Below, piece by piece: positions 39,282 through 49,277 of a stretch of DNA of 64,000 nt. This DNA comes from Verrucomicrobiales bacterium (GTDB taxonomy: Bacteria > Verrucomicrobiota > Verrucomicrobiia > Verrucomicrobiales > SLCJ01). Both the position numbers and the translations under genes were made by a program. The notes below the pieces were generated by a model. The model ran no database searches, was not told where the DNA came from, and saw only the letters and a program-made list of their open reading frames with translations. Each line of letters opens with the position of its first letter. The stretch's first letter is position 1. The stretch is taken from positions 40,873-104,872 of the forward strand of contig JBJTQJ010000030.1 in NCBI GenBank assembly GCA_046075565.1, read 5' to 3'.

Positions 39282-40337
39282 ATGCTCACCCGTCTCAGAC
39301 TCCACCATGTCCGCTGCTTTGGCACGGTGGAGGTGGATCTCCCGGCTGGCGGCCTCTGTGTTTTCACGGGGGCGAATGCCCAGGGCAAAACCACCCTGCT
39401 CGAGTCGGTTTGTGTGCTCCTGCGCCTGCAATCGCCCCGGGCAGCCGCCCTCGGGGAACTGGTGAAATCCGGAGAACCTGCCGCCGCCATCGAAGGTGAT
39501 TTTTCCGAACGATGCCTGCGTGTGATCCTCGGCGAGAGCCGGCGAATGTCGGTGAACGGACATTCCCTGGGAAAATCGGGCGAATACCTTGCCGAATCCG
39601 GCCTCGTGGTCTGGATGGGAAACGACGACGTCCAACTTGTGCGCGGCGGGGGTGAGGGGCGGCGGCGTTTTCTCGACTTCGGGGCCAGCCAACTCGTGCC
39701 CGGGTATCTGGAAGCCCTGCGGGCCTACGATCGTGCCCTGCGATCGCGGAATTTTCTCCTCAAAACCGATGGCGACCCGCGCCAGCTTGCCGCTTACGCC
39801 GCCCAACTCATCCGGCACGGAGAAATCGTCCGAGCCGGGCGCGCGGAACTCCTCGCCCTGCTTGCTCCCGAGGCCGCTGCCGCCCACCAGGCCATCAGCG
39901 GTGAGGGGGAAGTTCTGGTTGTGGAGAAAACCGACGGCTCGCCCGGTGGTCTTGCCGCCGCCCTTGCCGCCACCGCGACCGAAGAAACCCGCCGTCGCGC
40001 GACCATGGCGGGTCCGCATCGCGATGATCTGGTTTTCCATCTCCAGGGCATGAATGCCTCGTCCTACGCGTCGGAAGGTCAACAACGCACCATCGCCCTC
40101 GCGCTTAAGGTCGCGCAGGCCCGTGTTCTGGCCACCCGCCGGGGCCACTGGCCCACGCTTCTGCTCGATGATGTCTTCGGCGAACTCGATCCCGGCCGCC
40201 GCCACCGGTTGTTGGACATGCTGCCGGCCGAAGCGCAGAAGCTCGCCACCACGACCAGCCTCGCCTGGCTGCAGGACCCGGCCACCCCCCCGGCCGCGAT
40301 TTTCGCCGTCGAAGGGCGGGAAGTCTCCCGAAGGTAG
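39282..40337 (+). CDS. recF: DNA replication/repair protein RecF
   Basis: GANAQGKT, RRRFLD, GPHRDDL, ASEGQQR and LLLDDVFGELD motifs. Confidence 0.95.
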   Translation: MLTRLRLHHVRCFGTVEVDLPAGGLCVFTGANAQGKTTLLESVCVLLRLQSPRAAALGELVKSGEPAAAIEGDFSERCLRVILGESRRMSVNGHSLGKSGEYLAESGLVVWMGNDDVQLVRGGGEGRRRFLDFGASQLVPGYLEALRAYDRALRSRNFLLKTDGDPRQLAAYAAQLIRHGEIVRAGRAELLALLAPEAAAAHQAISGEGEVLVVEKTDGSPGGLAAALAATATEETRRRATMAGPHRDDLVFHLQGMNASSYASEGQQRTIALALKVAQARVLATRRGHWPTLLLDDVFGELDPGRRHRLLDMLPAEAQKLATTTSLAWLQDPATPPAAIFAVEGREVSRR

Positions 40338-40486
40338 GCCCCGGCACAGTCTGGTAAATGTGGGGAATTCCCTCTCGATCCGATGGGGATAATCCACGGC
40401 TCTGGGGTATCGCAGCCCTCGCCGCTGCCCAACCCTTCATTTTCTCCGAATCGTGGCGCGTATTTTCGTTACCGGTGTCCGCGGCC

Positions 40487-40516
40487 TTGACGAAATCCGC
40501 AACTGGTCGTTAGGCT
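40487..40516 (+). promoter_or_regulatory. Candidate sigma70 promoter for the ybaK-like/EF-G unit
   Basis: TTGACG-18 nt-TAGGCT in the intergenic gap after recF. Confidence 0.45.
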
Positions 40517-40610
40517 GTCATCATTGCCAACAGGCATGTGGCCGGTTCCTCCCGGGATCCACCCGGAACGGGACGCCGAGCCCCGAATTCCAACTCAAAA
40601 CACCACAACC

Positions 40611-40888
40611 ATGATTGCAAAAAACTCAAAGACTACCTGGATTCCTTCGGCGTCAAATACGTGACGGTCACCCATTCGCTCGCCTTCACGGCGCATGAGG
40701 TGGCCGTATCCGCCCATGTGCCCGATCGGGAAATGGCGAAGACTGTAATCGTGAATGTGAAGGGGGAATTGGCCATGGCCGTCCTTCCCGCCAGCTACCA
40801 CATCGACTTCCACCGCCTGATGAATGCGCTCAAGACGAGCGACATGTATCTGGCCACAGAGGAAGAATTCAAAAGCCGCTTCCCGGAT
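40611..40888 (+). pseudogene. YbaK/EbsC (aminoacyl-tRNA deacylase-like) gene, frameshifted at its start and truncated after FPD
   Basis: KLKDYLDSFGVKY..VTHS.AFTA, AKTVIV, MAVLPA and LATEEEF..RFPD. ATG 40611 is one base out of frame at the A6 run, and the expected GAMPPFG-type C-terminus is missing. Confidence 0.82.
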
Positions 40889-40906
40889 CCAAAGTCACAA
40901 ACCATC

Positions 40907-42985
40907 ATGAAGGACTATCACGCACCGGACATCCGGAACTTCGCCGTGGTCGGCCATGCCACCTCGGGCAAGACCATGTTGTGCGAGGCCATGCTCGCCT
41001 GTTGAGGCCAAATCGGCCGCCTCGGGAGAATCGATCAAGGCGCCACTACCTCGGACTTCCATCCCGATGAAAAAGACCACCAGATTTCCATCCACGCGAC
41101 CCTGATGCGGGCGGAGTGGTTGGAAAGGAAATTCAATATCATCGATTGTCCGGGTTACGCCGATTTCATCGCCGAGCCGCTCAGCGCCCTGCGCGTCGCC
41201 GATTTCGCCGTCGTCGTCGCCAACGGCACTCACGGGGTGGAAGTAGGCACGGATCGGATGTGGGATACCGCCACTCTCTATGGCATCCCGAAATTCCTCG
41301 TCGTCAACATGCTGGACAAGGAACACACGCGCTTCGACCAGATCCTCGGGGAAGCGAGGGAACACTTCGGCAGCCGCGTGTTTCCGATGACCTTGCCCAT
41401 CAATGCCGGCCCAGGATTCCGCCGCGTGCTCGATGTCATGCGTAGCGAGGTAATCACTTTCGCCGATGATGCTTCCGGAAAATACACCGAGGCCCCGGCG
41501 GAAGGGGAGCTGCTGGAAAAAGTGCGCGAACTTCACCGTCAGCTCATCGAATATGTGGCAGAATCGGACGACGGACTTCTCGACAAGTATTTCGAGACCA
41601 ACTCGCTCACCGAAGAGGAATTGCGCGCCCACGTGCACGAGGCCGTGCAGAAGAATATCTTCGTGCCGCTTTTCTGTGTATCCGCTCTTCAGAATATCGG
41701 GGTAGCACGGCTCATGGACTTCATCGCGAAGTATGGTTCGTCGCCGGAGGATCGTTCCACCGTCGAGGCGCACGACGCGAGCGGCGAACTCGTGCCCGTG
41801 CACTTGGAAGACAAGGAAACGGTGGCTTTCGTGTTGAAGACGATGAACGAAGCGCACATGGGCAACCTCTCTTTCTTCCGCGTTTACAGCGGCGACGTGA
41901 GTGTCGGCGCGGAACTGGCCAATGTCGGTCACGGTTCCACGGAAAGCATCGGCCAATTGTTCTCCGTCAATGGTTCGCAACGCGAATCGGTGAAAGTGTT
42001 GCACGCCGGCGACATCGGCGCGGCCGTGAAATTGAAGAACACCCACACCGGCGACAATCTTTGCTCGCCCTCGCGTCCGCTCGAATTGCCAGTGGTTGAT
42101 TTCCCGCCACCCAATACCCACGGTGCCCTCGAAGCCGGTTCCAAGGCCGACCTGAACAAACTCGGCGAAGGCCTCTCTGTCCTGCACGAGGAAGATCCAA
42201 CCTTCGTCTGGCGTTTCGATCCGGAACTCGGCCAAACCATCATCTCCGGACAAGGCGAGAGCCAATTGCAAATCGCCTCCGAGGAGTTGAAGCGCCGCTT
42301 CAACGTCGAGGTCACCACCGTGGAACCGAAGGTGCCTTTCCGCGAGACCATCAAAGGCCGCGCCGAATCGCGCTACCGTCACAAGAAACAAACGGGCGGA
42401 GCCGGCCAATTCGCCGAAGTCTGGATGCGCATCGAACCGCTGTCCCGCGAAACCGGCAACCAGTTCGGGCACTCCCTTGTCGGAAACAACGTCGATCGGG
42501 TATTTGTCACTTCGGTTGAAAAAGGTGTTTCGGCTGCTTGCACCGAAGGTCCATTCGCCGGATGTCCGGTTGTGGATGTGAAAGCCGACTTCTTCGACGG
42601 CAAACAACACCCCGTGGATTCGAAGGACATCGCCTTCCAAATCGCCGGCAAAGCCGCTTTCACCGAATGTTTCCTGAATGCGAAACCATGTTTGCTAGAG
42701 CCAATCCTCGAACTTCGCGTCACGGTGCCCGATGACGCCGTCGGGGATGTGATGACCGATGTGTCATCCCGTCGGGGACGGGTGCTTGGTGTCGAATCGG
42801 AGGGACACTTCGAGGTCATCGTCGCGCAGGTCCCGCAGGCCGAATTCTATCGTTATGCCAGCCAGCTCCGCGCTCTCACGGCCGGACGCGGCTCGCACCG
42901 GGAGAGATTCAGCCATTACGAGGAGATGCCGCCGGAACTCCAGACCAAGGTGGTTGCCGCCCGCAAGGCAGCCAGCCACGCTTGA
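40907..42985 (+). pseudogene. fusA2: Elongation factor G paralogue (EF-G2 type) with in-frame TGA at 41003-41005 (possibly a sequence error)
   Basis: 693 codons from ATG 40907: IRNFAVVGHATSGKT, TSDFHPDE..HQISI, IIDCPGYADF, HKKQTGGAGQFA, VDSKDIAF and LLEPI. Confidence 0.88.
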
Positions 42986-42994
42986 GTCACGAGC

Positions 42995-43882
42995 TCACCA
43001 GATACCGCCCAGCATACGTTTGAACCAGCCCTTCTTTTTCTCGGGGGCTGGTTCGGTCGCGGGTGTCGGGGCGGCGGCTGGCGCTGCTGCCGGTTGTTTC
43101 TTTTTATCCGCTTTGGGTGCCGGAGCCGGAGCCACGGGTGCGGTGGCCGCCGCCGGTTCAGCCGCAGCCGTGGAATCGATCATGCGGATTCTCTCAACCT
43201 TGACCATCTTGAGCGGGGCATCGTTATCGTCGGTCGAGGTCTTGGATATTGCATCCGCGAATTCGATGCCGGAAACGACGCGTCCGAAAACAGTGTAGCC
43301 GCCATCAAGTTCGGGCAGGCTCTTCAAGCAGATGTAGAATTGGGATCCATTGGATTGTTTTGTCGGATTCAAGCGATCGCCGAGACGGGCCATGCCGACA
43401 CTTCCGCGGCGGTGGGGAAGTTTGATTTCCGCGGGCACGGTGTGGCCAGGCCCACCAAGACCCCAGACGGCGCGGGCGTTCTCGTGTTTGGAACGGGGAT
43501 CGCCGGTTTGGATGAGATGGTTCGGCACGGCGCGATGGACGCCGAGGTCGTTGTAATAACCTTTCTTGGCGAGCTTGCGGAAGTTTTCAGCGTGTTGGGG
43601 AGCCGCCGCATCATCCAGTTCGATAAGGATGATGCCGACACGTCCATCGAGGTTGACCGAAACCTCTGCGATGGTCGGATCCGCTTTCAACTTGCCAGTC
43701 ATCAGACGACCCGTCTTTTTCCCAACGTTAGCGGTGGCATTCACCACGGCTCCTCCGGCACCGGCCATGGCATCCCACGCGGCACCCGTGCCTTTGGCGA
43801 CGGAGTTGTATCCGCTCTTGAGCATGGAGCAGGAAGTGAGCGAAAGACCGGCGATGGCGACGGCGAGAACGACTGGTTTCAT
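42995..43882 (-). CDS. Cyclophilin-type peptidyl-prolyl isomerase lipoprotein
   Basis: Lipobox LTSC; APQHAENF, HRAVPNHLIQTGDP, GSVGMAR, SNGSQFYI and LDGGYTVFGRV motifs. Confidence 0.92.
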   Translation of the reverse strand: MKPVVLAVAIAGLSLTSCSMLKSGYNSVAKGTGAAWDAMAGAGGAVVNATANVGKKTGRLMTGKLKADPTIAEVSVNLDGRVGIILIELDDAAAPQHAENFRKLAKKGYYNDLGVHRAVPNHLIQTGDPRSKHENARAVWGLGGPGHTVPAEIKLPHRRGSVGMARLGDRLNPTKQSNGSQFYICLKSLPELDGGYTVFGRVVSGIEFADAISKTSTDDNDAPLKMVKVERIRMIDSTAAAEPAAATAPVAPAPAPKADKKKQPAAAPAAAPTPATEPAPEKKKGWFKRMLGGIW

Positions 43883-44775
43883 GGCGTGATAGGGGGTGTG
43901 ATAGCGGCGGGCTGCACGATCCCGGGAATGGAAACCCCAGATCGGTCGTTTGGCAAGGCGTGGATTCGAGTTCCTGCTTCCTGGTGGGGGCGGCGCAGAT
44001 AGGCCAGTCCGTGGCGTCCATCGCTGGTGACGCTGGTCAGGCGTCCGATGGGGCGGGCCGGAGCGGCGGAGTCCGTGTCGGCGGGAAAAAGCTCCCATCC
44101 CGGGGTGAGCGGCCCGGCGGCGGACTCCACCAGGCATAGTCGGCGGGTGACCTGGCCGACACTTTTCAGCCGGGAAATGACTTCCTGTCCGATGTAGCAG
44201 CCTTTGTGGTAGTCGATATGGGTGCTCTCCAGGCCCGCCTCCGGGGGCAGAGTGTCGGCGTCGAGTTCGCATCCCCAAACGGGAATGCCGCAGCGGATCC
44301 GGGTGTCATTCCAAGCGACCGCGTCGGGTTCGCTGGCTCCGCTGGACTTGAGCGCATCGAGCAGGGCCGGGGCATTTTCGCGTTTGAGGATAATTTCCCA
44401 TCCGGGAATGCCATGATCGCTCGAGGTGACCCAGTAGCCCGGGTTGATCGGCGGCGGCGAGTTTGTGAAAATCTGCGCAGTGTTCTCGGTTTCGTCCTCG
44501 ATGATGCAATCATCCGCGATCAGGTATTTCTCCAGCCGGAGGGCGAGAAAATCGCGTAGCGCCACGGGGGCGTCGACCCAGAAAGCCTGGCCGTCCGTAG
44601 AAAGGCGCACGACCGCTTCCAGTCTTCCTTTGGCATTGGTCACACACGAAGGAAGCGAGCGGGTGGGGGAAACATGGCGGAGATCCTGTGATATTTGCCC
44701 GTTGAGATAACGGAGGGCATCGGGTCCGGAACAACGGAACCGGCAACGGCTGTGGGTGTGGTCGCGGAAAATCAT
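43879..44775 (-). CDS. ygfZ: YgfZ/GcvT family folate-binding protein
   Basis: GPDALRYLNGQIS and signature KGCYIGQE. Confidence 0.9.
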   Translation of the reverse strand: MIFRDHTHSRCRFRCSGPDALRYLNGQISQDLRHVSPTRSLPSCVTNAKGRLEAVVRLSTDGQAFWVDAPVALRDFLALRLEKYLIADDCIIEDETENTAQIFTNSPPPINPGYWVTSSDHGIPGWEIILKRENAPALLDALKSSGASEPDAVAWNDTRIRCGIPVWGCELDADTLPPEAGLESTHIDYHKGCYIGQEVISRLKSVGQVTRRLCLVESAAGPLTPGWELFPADTDSAAPARPIGRLTSVTSDGRHGLAYLRRPHQEAGTRIHALPNDRSGVSIPGIVQPAAITPPITP

Positions 44776-44779
44776 TGGC

Positions 44780-45643
44780 TCAGCCGATACGATTGTCCCA
44801 CTGGCGGCCGAGGATGGAAAAATCACTATCGGCATTTTGCTCCGAAACGGCGGCCATGGATTCCATGCACTCGGTGGTGGCCGCATGGGCCGGCAAGGCA
44901 AGGCCGCTGGCGCGGGCGATGTCGGCGGCGAGGCGCGCGTCCTTGAGCATGTTCTTCAAGCTGAAGTGCGGGGTGAAATCGCCCGCGAGCATGCCGGGGA
45001 GTTTCAAATCGGAAGTGCCGCTGCGGGAAGCATTGTCAGTCATGGCTTCGGCAAAGAGGGCGGGGGAGACCCCGGCCGCGCTGGTAAGAGCGGCAGCTTC
45101 GGCGAGGATTTCCACGGTCGAGGCGGTGACCATATTGGTGGCGATTTTCAACACCGTGGCATGCCCAACCGCACCGAAATGACGGATCGCGCGAGCTGAC
45201 AACTCAAGGACCGGGCGGGCGATCGCGAGTGGGGTTTCGTCGCCACCGATGTAATAAACAAGCTTCGCATTCTCCGCCGCGAGACGGGAACCGGTGAAGG
45301 GCGCATCGAGAAAGGCCGCGCCGGTGGCCACCACCCGTTTCGCCCACCCGACCATGGCTCCGGGCGAAACCGTCGCGTGCACGGCGACAATGCTGCCCGG
45401 TCCAATGACGGGCAAAATCGATGCGAGCACGGCTTCGACAGCGGTCTCATCGCGGGTGAAGATCTGGTGCAGGAGTGAGCGTCCTGCGGCCACCGAGGCA
45501 TCGGGGAAAAATCCAGGGGCATCGGGCTTGGGCGTGCGGTTCCAAGTGGCGAGCGGCACTCCCGCCGCTTGCAGGTGGGCGGCCACGCGGCTGCCGATGA
45601 TCCCGAGTCCGTAAACAGCGGTTGGAAGAAAGCTGGTATTCAT
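44780..45643 (-). CDS. 3-hydroxyisobutyrate dehydrogenase family NAD(P)-dependent oxidoreductase
   Basis: GLGIIG, WNRT, LDAPFTG, LKIATN and F.LKNMLKD motifs. Confidence 0.9.
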   Translation of the reverse strand: MNTSFLPTAVYGLGIIGSRVAAHLQAAGVPLATWNRTPKPDAPGFFPDASVAAGRSLLHQIFTRDETAVEAVLASILPVIGPGSIVAVHATVSPGAMVGWAKRVVATGAAFLDAPFTGSRLAAENAKLVYYIGGDETPLAIARPVLELSARAIRHFGAVGHATVLKIATNMVTASTVEILAEAAALTSAAGVSPALFAEAMTDNASRSGTSDLKLPGMLAGDFTPHFSLKNMLKDARLAADIARASGLALPAHAATTECMESMAAVSEQNADSDFSILGRQWDNRIG

Positions 45644-45662
45644 GATTGTCGAAAAAAGAATT

Positions 45663-46763
45663 TCACCATCCGAGGGTTGGCGGCGCGGTGCGCAGAAGAT
45701 CGTAGCTGATGGTGGTTTTGCCCTCCCAGAGGATGGAGGCGAGGATCTGGTCGAGTCCTTCGCGCCGCTTGCGGGTAATCAGATGCGCGCTGGCATCCGG
45801 ACGAGCATCTTCGAGCGTGAGCGGGCGTGCTTCGCGTTTTTCGTCCACAAGGAAGATGTGCCATCCGAGCCGGCTGCGCATCGGTTCGAGCACCTTGCCC
45901 GTGGGGGCGGCCATGAGATCTCCGGCAACAAGGCCATCCGGCCAACGATCCTGAACCGGAGCAACCCAACCAAGATTGCCATTCTTTCTTTTCGTCGCTT
46001 CATCCTCGCTGTTCTCAGCGACGGCGGCTTCGAAGGTCGTTTCCCCGCTGGCGATGCGGCGGTGCAACTCGCGGATCTCCGCTTCCAACTCGGAGGGGTC
46101 GCGGTGAAGCGATGGTTTGAACAGATGGCGTAAACTTAGGGTGCTTGGCAGAATCGGTCGGGATTCAAGGCCATCAAACCATGCCTTCAATTCTTCCTCG
46201 CTCACCTTGTCGAGATGGGAAACTTCGAATTGTTTCATTAGCCAATTCAACCGGCCGACAAAGGATCGCATGCGGGTCCGGTATTCGGCGCGGGTAAGTC
46301 CGGCGGCGGCGAGTTCGGCGGCGAAATCTTCCGGTCCACCGGCGCGGGTTTCCTGTTCGGCGACAAGGCGATCCGTTTCGGCTTCATCATAGAGTGCGGG
46401 ATTCGGAACGAGCTTCGCATCGATGGCCTTTTCCGCGAGGATTTCCATGAGCGCGATGACGCGGAGTTCGCCGAAGACTCCGGTGTTGATTTGTGAAGGA
46501 TCGATGGGTTTGCCCGAACGATAGGAACGCAGGACCACACGTTGATCCACTTCCCTCATGGTGACCGGAGAACCGAAAACCACCGCGGCCGGGCGCTCGG
46601 CCAACGTGAGTTCCGGTCCTTTCCATCCGGCGCGGGTGCTGGTTCTGTCGAGCAAATGCCAGAGAGGTCCTTTGAAGGCGATTAGATCCAGAGGCAAATA
46701 GAGCATGAGCAATCCGTAGGCGATCGCCCGCACGAGCAACGAATTCGGGATCGAAGGTTTCAT
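45663..46763 (-). CDS. Parvulin (PpiC)-type PPIase/SurA-like chaperone, membrane anchored
   Basis: LRHLF, FEAAVAENSED..TKRKNGNLGW and RSRLGWHIF rotamase motifs; N-terminal TM. Confidence 0.85.
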   Translation of the reverse strand: MKPSIPNSLLVRAIAYGLLMLYLPLDLIAFKGPLWHLLDRTSTRAGWKGPELTLAERPAAVVFGSPVTMREVDQRVVLRSYRSGKPIDPSQINTGVFGELRVIALMEILAEKAIDAKLVPNPALYDEAETDRLVAEQETRAGGPEDFAAELAAAGLTRAEYRTRMRSFVGRLNWLMKQFEVSHLDKVSEEELKAWFDGLESRPILPSTLSLRHLFKPSLHRDPSELEAEIRELHRRIASGETTFEAAVAENSEDEATKRKNGNLGWVAPVQDRWPDGLVAGDLMAAPTGKVLEPMRSRLGWHIFLVDEKREARPLTLEDARPDASAHLITRKRREGLDQILASILWEGKTTISYDLLRTAPPTLGW

Positions 46764-46816
46764 GGTTGGGTTCGGGACGTGGCGGGGGATGGGCGAGTCC
46801 GCGCGCTGCGAATCGT

Positions 46817-47725
46817 TCAGATCGCTTCCGAATCCTTGAGCCCGAGATGGGCGTAAATCTGGCGCGTGGCGTCAGATTTGTTGAGAGTGTAGAAGTGGAT
46901 GCCTTCCACTCCTCCGGAAAGAAGATCGGCGCATTGCGCGGTGGCATAATGAATGCCGACACGCGTGACGGCATCCGCATCGTCGCCGGCTCGTGCGATG
47001 GCTTTGATCAATTTCGCCGGGAAACGCGCCCCACCAGCCAGTTCGGCCATTCGTTCCATCCCGGCCTTGCTGGCAATCGGCATGATGCCCGCGATGATTG
47101 GCACATTGATGCCGGCAAGTCGGCACCGATCACGGAAATCATAGAAGTCGTGGTTGTCGAAAAACAACTGCGTGCAGATGTAGTCCGCACCCGCATCCAC
47201 TTTCGCCTTCAGATAATCCATTTCCTTGATCCGGTTCGGAGTGGCGGGATGGCCTTCGGGAAAACCGGCCACACCGATGCCGAAGCCGCCACTCGGATGG
47301 CTATTGCGGGCATTGAATGACTGGATGAAACGCACCAGATCGGCCGCGCGAGGGAAGGCGTCTTTTTCGCGGACGTAGTTTTCCACGTTGCGGGGTGGGT
47401 CGCCGCCGAGCGCGAGGATGTTGCCGACATTCGCGACGGCGTATCGTTCGAGAAGTTCGGTGATTTCCTTCTCATTGTGGCAAACACAGGTCAGATGCGG
47501 GACCGGATCCAAGGTCGTTTCGCGTTTGATCCGCAACACGAGATCGTGGGTCAAGTCCCGGGTCGTGCCACCCGCCCCATAGGTCACACTGACAAACGAT
47601 GGTTTGTAGGGCTCAAGCTCCCGGATGGTGGCGAAGAGTTGTTCCGCCCCTTCCGGAGTCCGTGGCGGGAAAAATTCAAAGGAAAGGGATGGCCGCCGGC
47701 GGGCGAGAATATCGCGAATGTGCAT
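46817..47725 (-). CDS. metF: 5,10-methylenetetrahydrofolate reductase
   Basis: SFEFFPP, SVTYGAGG, PHLTC, LALGGDPP, TQLFFDN and HFYTLNK motifs. Confidence 0.97.
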   Translation of the reverse strand: MHIRDILARRRPSLSFEFFPPRTPEGAEQLFATIRELEPYKPSFVSVTYGAGGTTRDLTHDLVLRIKRETTLDPVPHLTCVCHNEKEITELLERYAVANVGNILALGGDPPRNVENYVREKDAFPRAADLVRFIQSFNARNSHPSGGFGIGVAGFPEGHPATPNRIKEMDYLKAKVDAGADYICTQLFFDNHDFYDFRDRCRLAGINVPIIAGIMPIASKAGMERMAELAGGARFPAKLIKAIARAGDDADAVTRVGIHYATAQCADLLSGGVEGIHFYTLNKSDATRQIYAHLGLKDSEAI

Positions 47726-47785
47726 GGCACCGGAAAACTAACCGAATCAGGGCTATCCCGCAAGTCGCCCGGCTGCGATCGCCTC

Positions 47786-47813
47786 GCTGGGATCGCCGAC
47801 GTCCTCGTCGGCA
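47786..47813 (+). repeat. REP-like palindrome, copy 2
   Basis: Identical to 33808-33835; intergenic between the L,D-transpeptidase and metF. Confidence 0.85.
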
Positions 47814-47832
47814 CTTTGGCTGTAGCAAACCC

Positions 47833-48645
47833 TCAGGACTCCCCACCGGCAGGTGGCGCTGGCGGAGCCTCCGGAGCCGCCGGGGCAGGGGGCTCGACAG
47901 CCGGTGGGGCAACCGGTGCCGGGGCGGGTTCGGGATTCGGCGCTGGCGAGGGGTTTGTGCTGTCAGGCGGTGTCTCGCCAGGACCAGTGCCCTCTGTCGG
48001 GGCGGGCTTGGGCGGTGGAGGCGGTGCGGGTTTCCACTTCGGCCCGCTACCTTCGATTTTCACCGGTGTTCCAATCACCGCGTGGCGGAAAAGAATCGGG
48101 GCAAAGCCGGAGGGCAGACGGATGCAGCCGTGCGAGGCGCGGTTTCCCGGGCGGGGAATCGGACCGCTATGCATGCCGATGCCATCACCGGTGAGCCTCA
48201 TCCAATACCGCATGCTTGCGCCCTCGAATCGCCCGCCTGAAGGGACACCATCGCGTCCATTGCGGGCATCCCGCACGACCACGCGGCCCTTTGAATTGTA
48301 GATTTTTCCCCACAGGTTGGAATGTTTGTCGGCGGTTTTCTCCTGAATCCGGAAACTTCCCACAGGGGTGGGATGGCTGTGGAGACCCGTGGCGACGTAA
48401 GTCCATCCAACATCCTTTCCTCCTTTGGTCAGGTAGGCCTTCTGATGGTTGGTGTTAATGCGCACGGCCAAGGGGCCCGACACTCCATCGCCATTCCATT
48501 CATAGAGGATGACGGGCTTTTTATCGGGAGCTGGCGGCGGTGCTGGTGGAGGAGGGGGCTCCACCGTTCGGCAAGATACGAAAGCGAGGCTGCCCAGAAA
48601 GATGAACGGCAACAAGGGGATTCCGGGTTTCGAATGGCGAGGCAT
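47833..48645 (-). CDS. L,D-transpeptidase (YkuD family) lipoprotein with Pro-rich tail
   Basis: Lipobox FVSC; TPVGSF and GIGMH.G......ASHGCIRL catalytic motif. Confidence 0.92.
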   Translation of the reverse strand: MPRHSKPGIPLLPFIFLGSLAFVSCRTVEPPPPPAPPPAPDKKPVILYEWNGDGVSGPLAVRINTNHQKAYLTKGGKDVGWTYVATGLHSHPTPVGSFRIQEKTADKHSNLWGKIYNSKGRVVVRDARNGRDGVPSGGRFEGASMRYWMRLTGDGIGMHSGPIPRPGNRASHGCIRLPSGFAPILFRHAVIGTPVKIEGSGPKWKPAPPPPPKPAPTEGTGPGETPPDSTNPSPAPNPEPAPAPVAPPAVEPPAPAAPEAPPAPPAGGES

Positions 48646-48737
48646 TAGGTCGTTTGTTAGTATACGGCGACCGGAACAATAGCGGATGCCGCGGATTCAG
48701 CAAGCATCCGCCAGCGCAAAACAAGCGTTCTCAATAT

Positions 48738-49166
48738 ATGCCGCGTATTTTCCTATCTATTCTACTAGTCCTGCTCACGCAGCTTCCCTCGCGTGCCCAA
48801 TCGGAGACCACTCTGGTCATCAAAGGCGTGCCCGCCGATGTCGGGCTTTTGCTGATCGCCATCTGTTCGGAGGAGGCCAATTGGCTCACCAAAACCCCGA
48901 CGATTGGAATGGACGTGCCGGTAAAGAGAAATGAAGCCGGAGACTGTGTGGTCCGAATCAATAAGGCGCTGCCCGAAAAAGTAGCCGTGGCCGTGATTCA
49001 TGATGCCAATGGCAATCGCGACATGGATCGCAATCTCATCGGAATTCCCCAGGAAGCCTACGGATTCAGCCGGGGAGTTCGCCCCCGCTTCGGCCCTCCG
49101 AAATTTGCCGACGCCCTCACCGCCTCGGGTGGAAATATTGAAATTTCCGTGGATACGCTCCTCTGA
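48738..49166 (+). CDS. DUF2141 family exported protein
   Basis: AVAVIHDANGNRDMDRNLIGIPQEAYGFS...FGPPKF pattern; signal peptide. Confidence 0.85.
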   Translation: MPRIFLSILLVLLTQLPSRAQSETTLVIKGVPADVGLLLIAICSEEANWLTKTPTIGMDVPVKRNEAGDCVVRINKALPEKVAVAVIHDANGNRDMDRNLIGIPQEAYGFSRGVRPRFGPPKFADALTASGGNIEISVDTLL

Positions 49167-49277
49167 AAATCCGAATTCGCGAAAAATCCGACATATTCGG
49201 ATGCTGACTGTCGCTACAAGCTTGGCAAACGCCCTCCGGGAAAGTAGTCTTGCCACCAACGAGTCACATCGGTCCCC

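Noticed and set aside
38067..40397. 776-aa ABC ATPase with a novel N-terminal domain
   Set aside because: The extension is antisense to recF; the real start is ATG 39140. The same applies to the extended folK, cyclophilin and rpoZ ORFs.
1061..41005. Genetic code 4/25 or selenocysteine explanation for the in-frame TGAs
   Set aside because: TGA is the normal stop of many genes here (recG, recJ, pfkA, uvrB), the positions are not catalytic Cys sites, and no convincing SECIS hairpin follows.
33808..47813. 28-bp identical repeats as a CRISPR array or as ends of a mobile element
   Set aside because: There are only two copies, 14 kb apart, with housekeeping genes between them and no cas, integrase or transposase gene.
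47726..47832. SAM riboswitch upstream of metF
   Set aside because: No recognisable SAM-I core; the only clear structure is the REP-like hairpin.
49166..49191. AAAATCCGA direct repeat before the amidase gene
   Set aside because: Short, overlapping the upstream stop codon, and plausibly due to chance.
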